Virus record (IMG/VR): IMGVR_UViG_3300030451_003374
Location: 32,001 to 96,000 of that record
DNA: 64,000 bases
Reading direction: 5' to 3' (one strand)
Origin: a virus
Position numbers and translations under genes: made by a program. The notes beneath the pieces were generated by a model. That model was given only the letters and a program-made list of their open reading frames with translations, did no database searches and had not been told where the DNA came from. Positions 27,255 through 34,296 of this stretch are shown here, piece after piece; position 1 is the stretch's first letter; each line of letters begins with the position of its first letter.

Positions 27255-27457
27255 CCCGTTCCTTCAGTCGTCTTTTGCGTCCTTAGTTTTGAAACACATA
27301 GGATTAGTATGTGCTACCACAACCCTTGTTATTTCTAATTGCTCAGATATATCAGGATTATTTCTTGCAGTGTCTATTAGTTCAGCAGCAGTCTCACAAT
27401 CAAGTGGTGCTCCAATCACTATTAAACTAAGAAGAAGTTGGTACATAAGGATGAACG
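27255..27457 (-). ncRNA. Glutamine riboswitch aptamer 2 (Downstream-peptide / glutamine-II type) with a ~180-nt insertion in the P2 loop
   Basis: 5' CGTTCATCCTT ... AAGGACGCAAAAGACGACTGAAGGAACGGGG; P1 CGTTC/GAACG, P2 TCCTT/AAGGA; directly upstream of DUF4278. Confidence 0.75.
27264..27446 (-). CDS. Small protein nested in the riboswitch (60 aa)
   Basis: MYQLLLSLIVIGAPLDCETAAELIDTARNNPDISEQLEITRVVVAHTNPMCFKTKDAKDD; ATG directly follows CGTTCATCCTT and the TGA lies in GACGACTGAAGG. Confidence 0.6.
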   Translation of the reverse strand: MYQLLLSLIVIGAPLDCETAAELIDTARNNPDISEQLEITRVVVAHTNPMCFKTKDAKDD

Positions 27458-27460
27458 ATT

Positions 27461-27507
27461 CCGTTCCGAGTCGGCTTACTTGCGTCCTGAATGTATCAGG
27501 ATGAACG
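27461..27507 (-). ncRNA. Glutamine riboswitch aptamer 1 (glnA / Downstream-peptide-like variant)
   Basis: CGTTCATCCTGA-tacat-TCAGGACGCAAGTAAGCCGACTCGGAACGG; P1 CGTTC/GAACG, P2 TCCTGA/TCAGGA. Confidence 0.7.
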
Positions 27508-27535
27508 TATTGGTATGCTAACATACCATCCATAT

Positions 27536-28666
27536 TTAGTCAACCCTTTTAGTATCAACGGATACATTTTTTCTTTTGACACCACAGTAATCCGAACATA
27601 TATGTGGTCTCTTATCCCATGACTCTACAAGTGTACACTGGAATAATGGGGTGTTCAATATCTCTTCAAGTGAATTATGTTTTAAAGATAAAGATTTCAA
27701 TCCACCCTGATTCTCTATGAGTGGAATCATACTATCGTAGAACACCTTCTGCATATACTCAGCACCCACACCTTTATTAGGATTCTTTATGTCCCTGTAG
27801 ATAGCAGGGGAATCTATATCACCATTGATATAGTAGTCAGGATAGAAGAAGCGTAGTCTACTCTGGTGGAAGCAGCAAGCATGAACAATACCACGACTGT
27901 CTATCCTAAGTTGACCTGGATTCTTTATACCATGACCATACCTACAGTCAATCTCTGTGTCCTCTGCTGCGGGTGGCTGCTGGAACACATGACCATCAAC
28001 ACCCTCTAGTTTATGTACCACTCCCCTGTATTCATATGTAAATGTACCATCTCCCTTACCACTAGCATCATATAGATCGTTTACATTAGTATGTCTGAAG
28101 TCTTTGAACCCCATCAGTCTACTAAGATTTCTACATCGTTTGATTTGATGTTGGTTGTGTTTGAATACTAGCATCCTCCAGACAGCAGGACCTCCTGCCT
28201 TTATAAATGCTCTAGCACTGTCTATAACTTTGTTATAATCTACACCTACTCTGTACTGTTGTAGAGTATCTGTCAAACCATCTATGGAAAAGATAAGAAA
28301 ACTATCTCTGTGTGATGATGCCATGAGAGCACCCAGTCTACCCCAGAACTCTTGGTCTCGTGTACCACCATTGGTACTCATCTGGAAGACTATACTACTG
28401 TTAGCATTGAGAGTGTAAGAATATATGTCTAACAAATCCTCATTCAATGAGGGTTCACCGAATGATCCTTGAAAATATATCAGTTCTGTCTTTCTAAGAG
28501 TCTCAATAGGAAACCATCTCTTCCAATCAGCGAGTGATATGGAAGAGCGATTCATAGATGGGTCTGGTTTCAAGACCGCTACCTCATCATTGTATGAGGT
28601 CTTATGTCTAGCACATAAAGGACACTTGGAGTTGCAATGATCGGTCAGATCAATTAGGAACTTCAC
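27536..28666 (-). CDS. Radical SAM protein with C-terminal Cys-rich (SPASM/twitch-like) region
   Basis: TDHCNSKCPLCAR, GSFGEP, STNGG, FSIDG, IDC...HACC...CSDYC. Confidence 0.85.
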   Translation of the reverse strand: MKFLIDLTDHCNSKCPLCARHKTSYNDEVAVLKPDPSMNRSSISLADWKRWFPIETLRKTELIYFQGSFGEPSLNEDLLDIYSYTLNANSSIVFQMSTNGGTRDQEFWGRLGALMASSHRDSFLIFSIDGLTDTLQQYRVGVDYNKVIDSARAFIKAGGPAVWRMLVFKHNQHQIKRCRNLSRLMGFKDFRHTNVNDLYDASGKGDGTFTYEYRGVVHKLEGVDGHVFQQPPAAEDTEIDCRYGHGIKNPGQLRIDSRGIVHACCFHQSRLRFFYPDYYINGDIDSPAIYRDIKNPNKGVGAEYMQKVFYDSMIPLIENQGGLKSLSLKHNSLEEILNTPLFQCTLVESWDKRPHICSDYCGVKRKNVSVDTKRVD

Positions 28667-29115
28667 CTATCCTTCCAAACTATCTCCGGATATGCTTTCT
28701 CTACTACGTTTCTAGTGATGCGATACTTGCTTTGTAGTTCTCCATCTTTCACTAGAACTAATACTTCTGCCTCGTCCTTATGTAATGCCTCTAGCATCTG
28801 GACTAGCATTGTCTCACGTTTCATCTGAGATAGTCTAGGATTGCCACCTCTTATAAAATTGTAGAGTGATCTCCACTCATGAATCAAACGTGTGTGTCCT
28901 CCGTCAACTCCAACTGGAGCATCATTAGGTTTGTAAGGGACATCTCCCTCAGGTATAGCACTTCTGATTGCTTTATCAAAGTTCCAAATCAAACATGCTT
29001 TTACATCATCTCTCTTGTGTTTTGTAAGTACTTCTACTTTTTTCTCAACAGTTTTAGCACCATGAGCTGCTCTGAGTATCTCAGAAACAAGAGGATTAGG
29101 TGGTAGTTTTGCCAT
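28663..29115 (-). CDS. Conserved T4-like cyanophage hypothetical protein
   Basis: LVSEIL..WNFD..IPEGDVPY..LYNFIRGGN..KRE..QMLEALH..EAEVL. Confidence 0.75.
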   Translation of the reverse strand: MAKLPPNPLVSEILRAAHGAKTVEKKVEVLTKHKRDDVKACLIWNFDKAIRSAIPEGDVPYKPNDAPVGVDGGHTRLIHEWRSLYNFIRGGNPRLSQMKRETMLVQMLEALHKDEAEVLVLVKDGELQSKYRITRNVVEKAYPEIVWKDR

Positions 29116-29117
29116 AA

Positions 29118-29348
29118 TTAGTCTTCAAGATCATCTAGTTCGGGTTTGCCATTCTCAAATCGAAAGGCGATCAATTCATCAGCAATGGGGTTACCATTCT
29201 CGTCAAACATCTCAGGATGAGTGTACTGAGGTGTCACGTCATGTATATATGCACGTAACAAGTAACCAATCACAAGAGATACTCCTATCGCTAGGAGGAG
29301 CACAGTTACACTGAGGGCAATGATAACTGCTGTAATGTTTAGATCCAT
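29118..29348 (-). CDS. Conserved cyanophage membrane protein
   Basis: N-terminal TM helix then HPEMFDENGNPI.DE..A.RFEN. Confidence 0.7.
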   Translation of the reverse strand: MDLNITAVIIALSVTVLLLAIGVSLVIGYLLRAYIHDVTPQYTHPEMFDENGNPIADELIAFRFENGKPELDDLED

Positions 29349-29459
29349 TTGTTTATGTCTCCCTGTGTATATGTAGGGAGATTCTTATACCCCATAATAG
29401 CACAGAAAATACAGGTTTTCTTTTTCTCTTCCTTGTGAGAAGAAAAACCGACCCTTTGT

Positions 29460-29696
29460 TCAGATCATCTTTAGTCTTTGGAGATGATGTAGTGTGTCTT
29501 TGCATCCGCCTATGTGTTTGTTATCAATTTGAACTTGTGGAAAGGTAGCACCCTCCTCAAACTCCTCATAAAACTGGCGACGAGTAAAGTCTTTGTCCAG
29601 TTTGTACTCTAGGTATTCTATCTTCACAGCAGCGAAGAGTTGTCTGACTCTTTCGCACCACTGACAGTTATCTCTAGACCATAGAACTGCTTTCAT
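29460..29696 (-). CDS. nrdC: Glutaredoxin
   Basis: CQWC active site, TFPQV, IGG. Confidence 0.88.
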   Translation of the reverse strand: MKAVLWSRDNCQWCERVRQLFAAVKIEYLEYKLDKDFTRRQFYEEFEEGATFPQVQIDNKHIGGCKDTLHHLQRLKMI

Positions 29697-30238
29697 GAAT
29701 TCATTTGTACTATGTTTCCTGCAACAACAAACCTGTCATTGCCTTCTACCATCTTATCAACACCGTGTGGTGCATAGGATGGATAAAATATTATATCATT
29801 TGTTCTCTGTGTTTTGGGATATACTTTCTGATCTCCTAACATAAAGTAGAAGCACTTTTGTTTCGGAACATCAACGAAATGCACCCATGAAACCAGTTGA
29901 CTAGGATGTCTGTAATGATTATGGACATCAATAACCGCACTGAGTTCTCTTGTATATAGTTGACCCCAAATACTGCTGTAACTGAATATAGATTTACTAT
30001 TATACACTCCAATTTTTTGTAGAACTTCCTTCAGTTTTGGTATGTAGAGTTGAAGTAGTTCTTTATCTACAAAGTTACCATCCACTGTGTTAGCAGTGTT
30101 GTTAGGATTCCTATGGTAACCTGTGTAATGTTGACCCCAACCAGGATCACCCTTCAAAAAGTAAGGGTCTCTGTATCTGTTCTTCAAATTTTTGACAGTA
30201 CTGTCCGTCAGAACAAACTGTTCCGTCCATAATATCAT
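29693..30238 (-). CDS. 2OG-Fe(II) oxygenase-like protein
   Basis: WGQLY..HNHY..SWVHFV..DIIFYPSYAPHGV..RFVVAGN. Confidence 0.65.
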   Translation of the reverse strand: MILWTEQFVLTDSTVKNLKNRYRDPYFLKGDPGWGQHYTGYHRNPNNTANTVDGNFVDKELLQLYIPKLKEVLQKIGVYNSKSIFSYSSIWGQLYTRELSAVIDVHNHYRHPSQLVSWVHFVDVPKQKCFYFMLGDQKVYPKTQRTNDIIFYPSYAPHGVDKMVEGNDRFVVAGNIVQMNS

Positions 30239-30255
30239 AACAAAGTTTTATTATA

Positions 30256-30540
30256 TTAGCTCGTTGGATAAGAACCAGTGATGGTCTTCTGCTTCTCCAT
30301 GTAATCTCTGTCTGCTAGGACTAACTTCTTCGCTATCTCCTGCTTTCTCCAGTAGTCTATCCTCTCATCAAATGCAGCTCTATCAACCTTCTTTAGAAGT
30401 CTTTCTCTAAATCTCCACTGTGGATTAGACCCTGATGTATCAAGAGCAGTAGCATCAGCAGCATCAGAAAGTACACCGTCTTTTTCTTTAAGTGTGTTGC
30501 TAACAGAGCTATCAAACTCTGCGTTTCTTGCTATAGACAT
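30256..30540 (-). CDS. Hypothetical protein
   Basis: 94 aa ORF preceded by TATAAATA at 30565-30572. Confidence 0.55.
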   Translation of the reverse strand: MSIARNAEFDSSVSNTLKEKDGVLSDAADATALDTSGSNPQWRFRERLLKKVDRAAFDERIDYWRKQEIAKKLVLADRDYMEKQKTITGSYPTS

Positions 30541-30563
30541 CTGTTATCTGTTTGTTTCTACAC

Positions 30564-30767
30564 TTATTTATAAGATTTATCATAAGATGGAGGAATGTGA
30601 TGGTCATTCCAGTGCCTGATATTACCACCAACAATAAAACAGTTGGTGATTACAAGTTGAACCATGATAAAGGTTCTGATAATACAGATCCAGTTGTCAT
30701 ACTTCTTTGTTGTCTCATCATTGAAAGAACCTAAAGCATACTTCCAGACCTTCCAGAACTCTTTCAT
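30564..30767 (-). CDS. Conserved cyanophage small membrane protein
   Basis: WKYALGSF.D..T..YD...CIIRT..LVITNCFIVGGNIRHW. Confidence 0.65.
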   Translation of the reverse strand: MKEFWKVWKYALGSFNDETTKKYDNWICIIRTFIMVQLVITNCFIVGGNIRHWNDHHIPPSYDKSYK

Positions 30768-30871
30768 CCGTAGGTCGCTACGTTGTAGTGCCTACGAGGA
30801 GGATAAGGATCCTTCTTTACTCTTGCCTTCATGTATATGCGAAGGAGTTGTTCGGTAGTTAGTGTCATCAT
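30764..30871 (-). CDS. Small hypothetical protein (35 aa)
   Basis: MMTLTTEQLLRIYMKARVKKDPYPPRRHYNVATYG; ATGA overlap with the next gene. Confidence 0.45.
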   Translation of the reverse strand: MMTLTTEQLLRIYMKARVKKDPYPPRRHYNVATYG

Positions 30872-30883
30872 GATAATTTAGCA

Positions 30884-30911
30884 TAAAAAAAGACCCCTGT
30901 AAAGGGGTCTT
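30884..30911 (-). terminator. Rho-independent terminator
   Basis: AAGACCCC-tttaca-GGGGTCTT followed by a T-run and ATGC. Confidence 0.8.
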
Positions 30912-30930
30912 ACATATCGAAGTAATAACA

Positions 30931-30958
30931 AAAGGAGGGAGACCCCGAAAGGTCTCCT
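30931..30958 (-). terminator. Hairpin with TTCG loop, probable terminator of the manA RNA
   Basis: GGAGACC-tttcgg-GGTCTCC followed by CTCCTTTT. Confidence 0.55.
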
Positions 30959-30974
30959 ATGTTATAACGAAAAG

Positions 30975-31175
30975 GGGAAGGAAGGATTACTTATCGTACC
31001 GACATGAACAGGGAATCGCTAAAGCGAAAATTTGTACTGCTCAACTCAAGTTCCTCTGGTAAAGGTTCACCTCCTTTAGGGAGGGCGAGTACCACCTCTA
31101 ACTTGATGCATTACCCCGCCAAATTCCAACAGGGTTATTCTGCCACTTCCATGAGCGATGATCAGTCACTCATCT
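30975..31175 (-). ncRNA. Probable manA RNA motif
   Basis: GCAGAATAACCCTGTTGGAATTTGGCGGGGTAATG..AGAGGTGGTACTCG..CTTTACCAGAGG..GCAGTAC..AATCCTTCC resembles the cyanophage manA motif as recalled; own promoter upstream; not confirmed with Rfam. Confidence 0.65.
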
Positions 31176-31176
31176 G

Positions 31177-31210
31177 TATTTATTATAACAGCTTCTTCAC
31201 TACGTGTCAA
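31177..31210 (-). promoter_or_regulatory. Perfect sigma70 promoter plus late promoter driving the manA RNA
   Basis: TTGACA(31210-31205)-N17-TATAAT(31187-31182) overlapping ATAAATA. Confidence 0.85.
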
Positions 31211-31313
31211 CTCTTTTTGGTGATATCTTATATGCATTAGTTCTATGAAGGCGAAAGACCCTACTATGATTAGGTTGCAGACGGTCAGAGGATGAGTAAG
31301 ATATTTCAAGGCA

Positions 31314-31345
31314 TAAAAAAAGACCCCTACTATGTAGAGGTCTCT
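31314..31345 (-). terminator. psbA terminator
   Basis: AGAGACCTCTAC-ata-GTAGGGGTCT followed by a T-run and ATGC, about 10 nt after the psbA stop. Confidence 0.8.
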
Positions 31346-31354
31346 GTGATCGGA

Positions 31355-32437
31355 CTAACCGACTGAAGGTGCAACAAGTGCAACAGTTGAAGACTCAGCA
31401 GAAGCAAGGTCTAGTGGGAAGTTGTGTGCATTTCTTTCATGCATTACTTCCATACCTAGGTTTGCTCTGTTTAGAACATCTCCCCATGTAGGAACGATCT
31501 TTCCGTTAGCATCAACTACAGACTGGTTAAAGTTGAAACCGTTGAGGTTGAATGCCATTGTACAGATTCCCATAGAGGTCAACCATACACATACAACTGG
31601 GAATGTTGCTAGGAAGAAGTGTAAACTTCTTGAGTTATTGAAAGAAGCATATTGGAATATGAGTCTTCCGAAGTAACCGTGTGCAGCAACGATGTTATAT
31701 GTTTCCTCTTCTTGTCCAAACTTATAACCATAGTTCTGTGACTCAGTTTCTGTAGTCTCTCTGATAAGAGAAGAAGTAACGAGTGAACCATGCATAGCAG
31801 AGAAGAGTGACCCTCCAAACATACCTGCTACTCCTGCCATATGGAAAGGATGCATCAAGATGTTATGTTCTGCTTGGAATACGAACATGAAGTTGAATGT
31901 ACCACTGATACCTAAAGGCATACCGTCTGAGAATGAACCCTGACCGAATGGGTATACAAGGAACACAGCGAAAGCAGCAGATACAGGAGCTGAGTATGCT
32001 ACGCAGATCCATGGTCTCATACCTAAACGATATGATAGTTCCCACTGTCTTCCCATGTATGCAGAGATACCAATTAGGAAGTGGAAGATTACCAACTGAT
32101 AAGGACCACCGTTATACAACCACTCATCTAGAGTAGCAGCTTCCCATATAGGGTAGAAGTGTAATCCAATAGCGTTGGATGATGGAACGACAGCACCAGA
32201 GATGATGTTGTTACCAAAGAGTAGAGATCCAGCAACTGGTTCTCTGATTCCGTCGATGTCGACAGGAGGTGCAGCGATGAATGCTACGATGAAACAAGCA
32301 GCAGCAGTTAGTAAGCATGGGATCATTAGAACACCAAACCAACCAACGTACAAGCGATTGTCAGTGGAGGTTACCCACTCACAAAACTCGTCCCATCCAG
32401 ATAGCAAACCACCACGCTTACGTGAAATAGTTGTCAT
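31355..32437 (-). CDS. psbA: Photosystem II D1 protein, Prochlorococcus type, uninterrupted
   Basis: [36 protein letters not shown]; GMFGG and [16 protein letters not shown] variants are Prochlorococcus-like; 360 aa, no intron. Confidence 0.99.
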   Translation of the reverse strand: MTTISRKRGGLLSGWDEFCEWVTSTDNRLYVGWFGVLMIPCLLTAAACFIVAFIAAPPVDIDGIREPVAGSLLFGNNIISGAVVPSSNAIGLHFYPIWEAATLDEWLYNGGPYQLVIFHFLIGISAYMGRQWELSYRLGMRPWICVAYSAPVSAAFAVFLVYPFGQGSFSDGMPLGISGTFNFMFVFQAEHNILMHPFHMAGVAGMFGGSLFSAMHGSLVTSSLIRETTETESQNYGYKFGQEEETYNIVAAHGYFGRLIFQYASFNNSRSLHFFLATFPVVCVWLTSMGICTMAFNLNGFNFNQSVVDANGKIVPTWGDVLNRANLGMEVMHERNAHNFPLDLASAESSTVALVAPSVG

Positions 32438-32444
32438 TTGAAAA

Positions 32445-32545
32445 TGAGTGCGGGTATATGAAGGGTATAAAAAGACTTAATTTATTCTCCCTATAGGTCT
32501 TGGTTTGAGGGGAGCATGATAAGTGAGGAAATCCTCACTGGTTTA
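32445..32545 (-). ncRNA. psbA 5' leader, PhotoRC-II-like structured RNA
   Basis: 5' hairpin AGTGAGGA-tt-TCCTCACT then CTCCCCTCAAACCAAGACCTATAGGGAG..AGTCTT; position upstream of phage psbA is the known context of PhotoRC-II. Confidence 0.55.
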
Positions 32546-32577
32546 TTTATTATAACAAAATGTTACGAGGATGTCAA
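32544..32577 (-). promoter_or_regulatory. Perfect sigma70 promoter plus late promoter for psbA
   Basis: TTGACA(32577-32572)-N17-TATAAT(32554-32549) overlapping ATAAATA. Confidence 0.85.
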
Positions 32578-33455
32578 CTCTGAATAGGTAGTTGAGGACA
32601 AAGAACATTCCTATCTACAAACTCATCAAAGTTGAAGCGAGCAATGATTGGATGCAGTCCAGTGATAGGACGGAGTGCGTTCAATAACTCTCTCTTCTGT
32701 CTCCATTGTTGCTTGTGTCCATTCTGTGGATGAAGTTTCCTTCTATACTTCTTACCCTGATACCCAAAGACTATACCTACCTCTCCTGCTAGGTGCTTAT
32801 GTCTTTTAATATTATTCTCATCAATATATGCTTCCTTTTTTATCCATGCATTCTCTATGATCTGTAGTTCTGTCTTAGTCAACTGCCTTGCTGTGTCAAA
32901 TGATATCTGATCTCTGTTAGTTCCTATGAGAGAATACTTCCACCACAAATCACCGAAGGTATACATGTCTTGATCTAATACTCTCCATATAGATGCTAAT
33001 ACAGGACTACAATACTCCTTGAAGTTATATCCCACGTCCCTTATAGTTTTTGATATCTCTATCGCCTCATCAAAAGTACACATTGATGGTAAGAAACTTT
33101 CAAGTATTTCCTCATAGTAATTGAACTTCTCACAGTGTCTCATGATAGTAAACCTATGCTCCAGATACTTCTTACAGTTGTCTACAAACTTAGGTGTCAT
33201 TACATAGCAACCATCTAACCATACAGTCTTAGTACCATAAGGAAATACTTTATGAGGATTGATCTTAACATATGCTGACCTTCTCCTATGACATGGGTGA
33301 TCACATGGTATCTCTCTGAACTCCCAAGGTCCTTTCTTCTTCACAGTATTGTCAGTGAACATAACATACTTGATATCAGGATCATAGTAATGCTCATCAG
33401 GTATCTCATCATACCCATTGGTTATGCAACTGTATATTACTATCCTAGAATCCAT
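32574..33455 (-). CDS. DUF616 (TOD1/MUCI70-like) putative glycosyltransferase
   Basis: VIYSCITNGYD..YVMFTD..K.NPH..F...VWLDG..RH..Y.E..RDQISF. Confidence 0.75.
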   Translation of the reverse strand: MDSRIVIYSCITNGYDEIPDEHYYDPDIKYVMFTDNTVKKKGPWEFREIPCDHPCHRRRSAYVKINPHKVFPYGTKTVWLDGCYVMTPKFVDNCKKYLEHRFTIMRHCEKFNYYEEILESFLPSMCTFDEAIEISKTIRDVGYNFKEYCSPVLASIWRVLDQDMYTFGDLWWKYSLIGTNRDQISFDTARQLTKTELQIIENAWIKKEAYIDENNIKRHKHLAGEVGIVFGYQGKKYRRKLHPQNGHKQQWRQKRELLNALRPITGLHPIIARFNFDEFVDRNVLCPQLPIQS

Positions 33456-34296
33456 TCACTATCACTAACTTAGGGTCATTCTTTTCCCAATAACCTGTTC
33501 TATCTCCAAACAACCAGTCTCCTGTCTCCTTCATAATAGCAGCACGATATCTCATCCTCATGCTGAGTCCTGTAATCTTTGCTAGTTGCTCCACTGTATC
33601 AGTAGGATCAATTCTTTTACCACCATATCTACCACCTTTATTCTTCCACCATTTACCATCAACAGGGTTAGCATCAGACCACCAACCAACACAATGTCTA
33701 CACTCATCCCAACCATACTCCACTCCTGATGTCTGTAGTGCGACAGATAAAGATACTTGATCTCTCTTACCACCTCTCATATACCACTTCCACCACACCA
33801 TGTTAGGCATCCATGCTTCAGAGTTCCTCCACAATACTGTACCTAATGGTGAGAAAAATTTAGAGAAGTCGAACTCAGTCTCTTGTTTTACTTCTCTTGT
33901 AAAGTTTATAATGTCAAATGGTTCCATGAATCCTCTATGAATATACTCAGCACACTCCTCAAGATAGTAATACTTATGTGGATGCTGCATCAAGAAGAAG
34001 TTATGGTCATTCAATATATTCTCACTCAACTCAAAGAAATTTACAGAGGTATGTCTTGCAGATATAACAGTATGAAGTTTAGATGCATCAATATAAACAC
34101 TTTTACCTTCTATAGGACACAATATTTTTGGATGACGTGACACTCTGACAGGATCATCATGAGAGTATTGTATCTCTCTTAGTTCCCAACCTTCTTGCTC
34201 CTCTACAGTGCCATCATGGTAACATATAAAATGTTCACCTGATTTATTAGGTGGTAGTTCATGGTATGCGTTGGTGATTGCTGTATAATACTTCAT
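33445..34296 (-). CDS. DUF616-like putative glycosyltransferase
   Basis: YTAITNAY..HPKIL..VYIDA..QHP..LEE..RDQVSL. Confidence 0.7.
   Translation of the reverse strand: MKYYTAITNAYHELPPNKSGEHFICYHDGTVEEQEGWELREIQYSHDDPVRVSRHPKILCPIEGKSVYIDASKLHTVISARHTSVNFFELSENILNDHNFFLMQHPHKYYYLEECAEYIHRGFMEPFDIINFTREVKQETEFDFSKFFSPLGTVLWRNSEAWMPNMVWWKWYMRGGKRDQVSLSVALQTSGVEYGWDECRHCVGWWSDANPVDGKWWKNKGGRYGGKRIDPTDTVEQLAKITGLSMRMRYRAAIMKETGDWLFGDRTGYWEKNDPKLVIVNGF

Noticed and set aside
30764-30871. Possible hli (HLIP) gene near psbA
   Set aside because: Translation lacks the AExxNGRxAM motif and a TM helix
31355-32437. Introns or homing endonuclease in psbA (also checked thyX, nrdA, nrdB)
   Set aside because: All are contiguous ORFs of normal length with no intein or intron-like insertions
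32553-32566. Possible NtcA site in the psbA promoter
   Set aside because: Reads GTA-N8-TTA, not GTA-N8-TAC, and overlaps the -10; kept only as an unspecified palindrome
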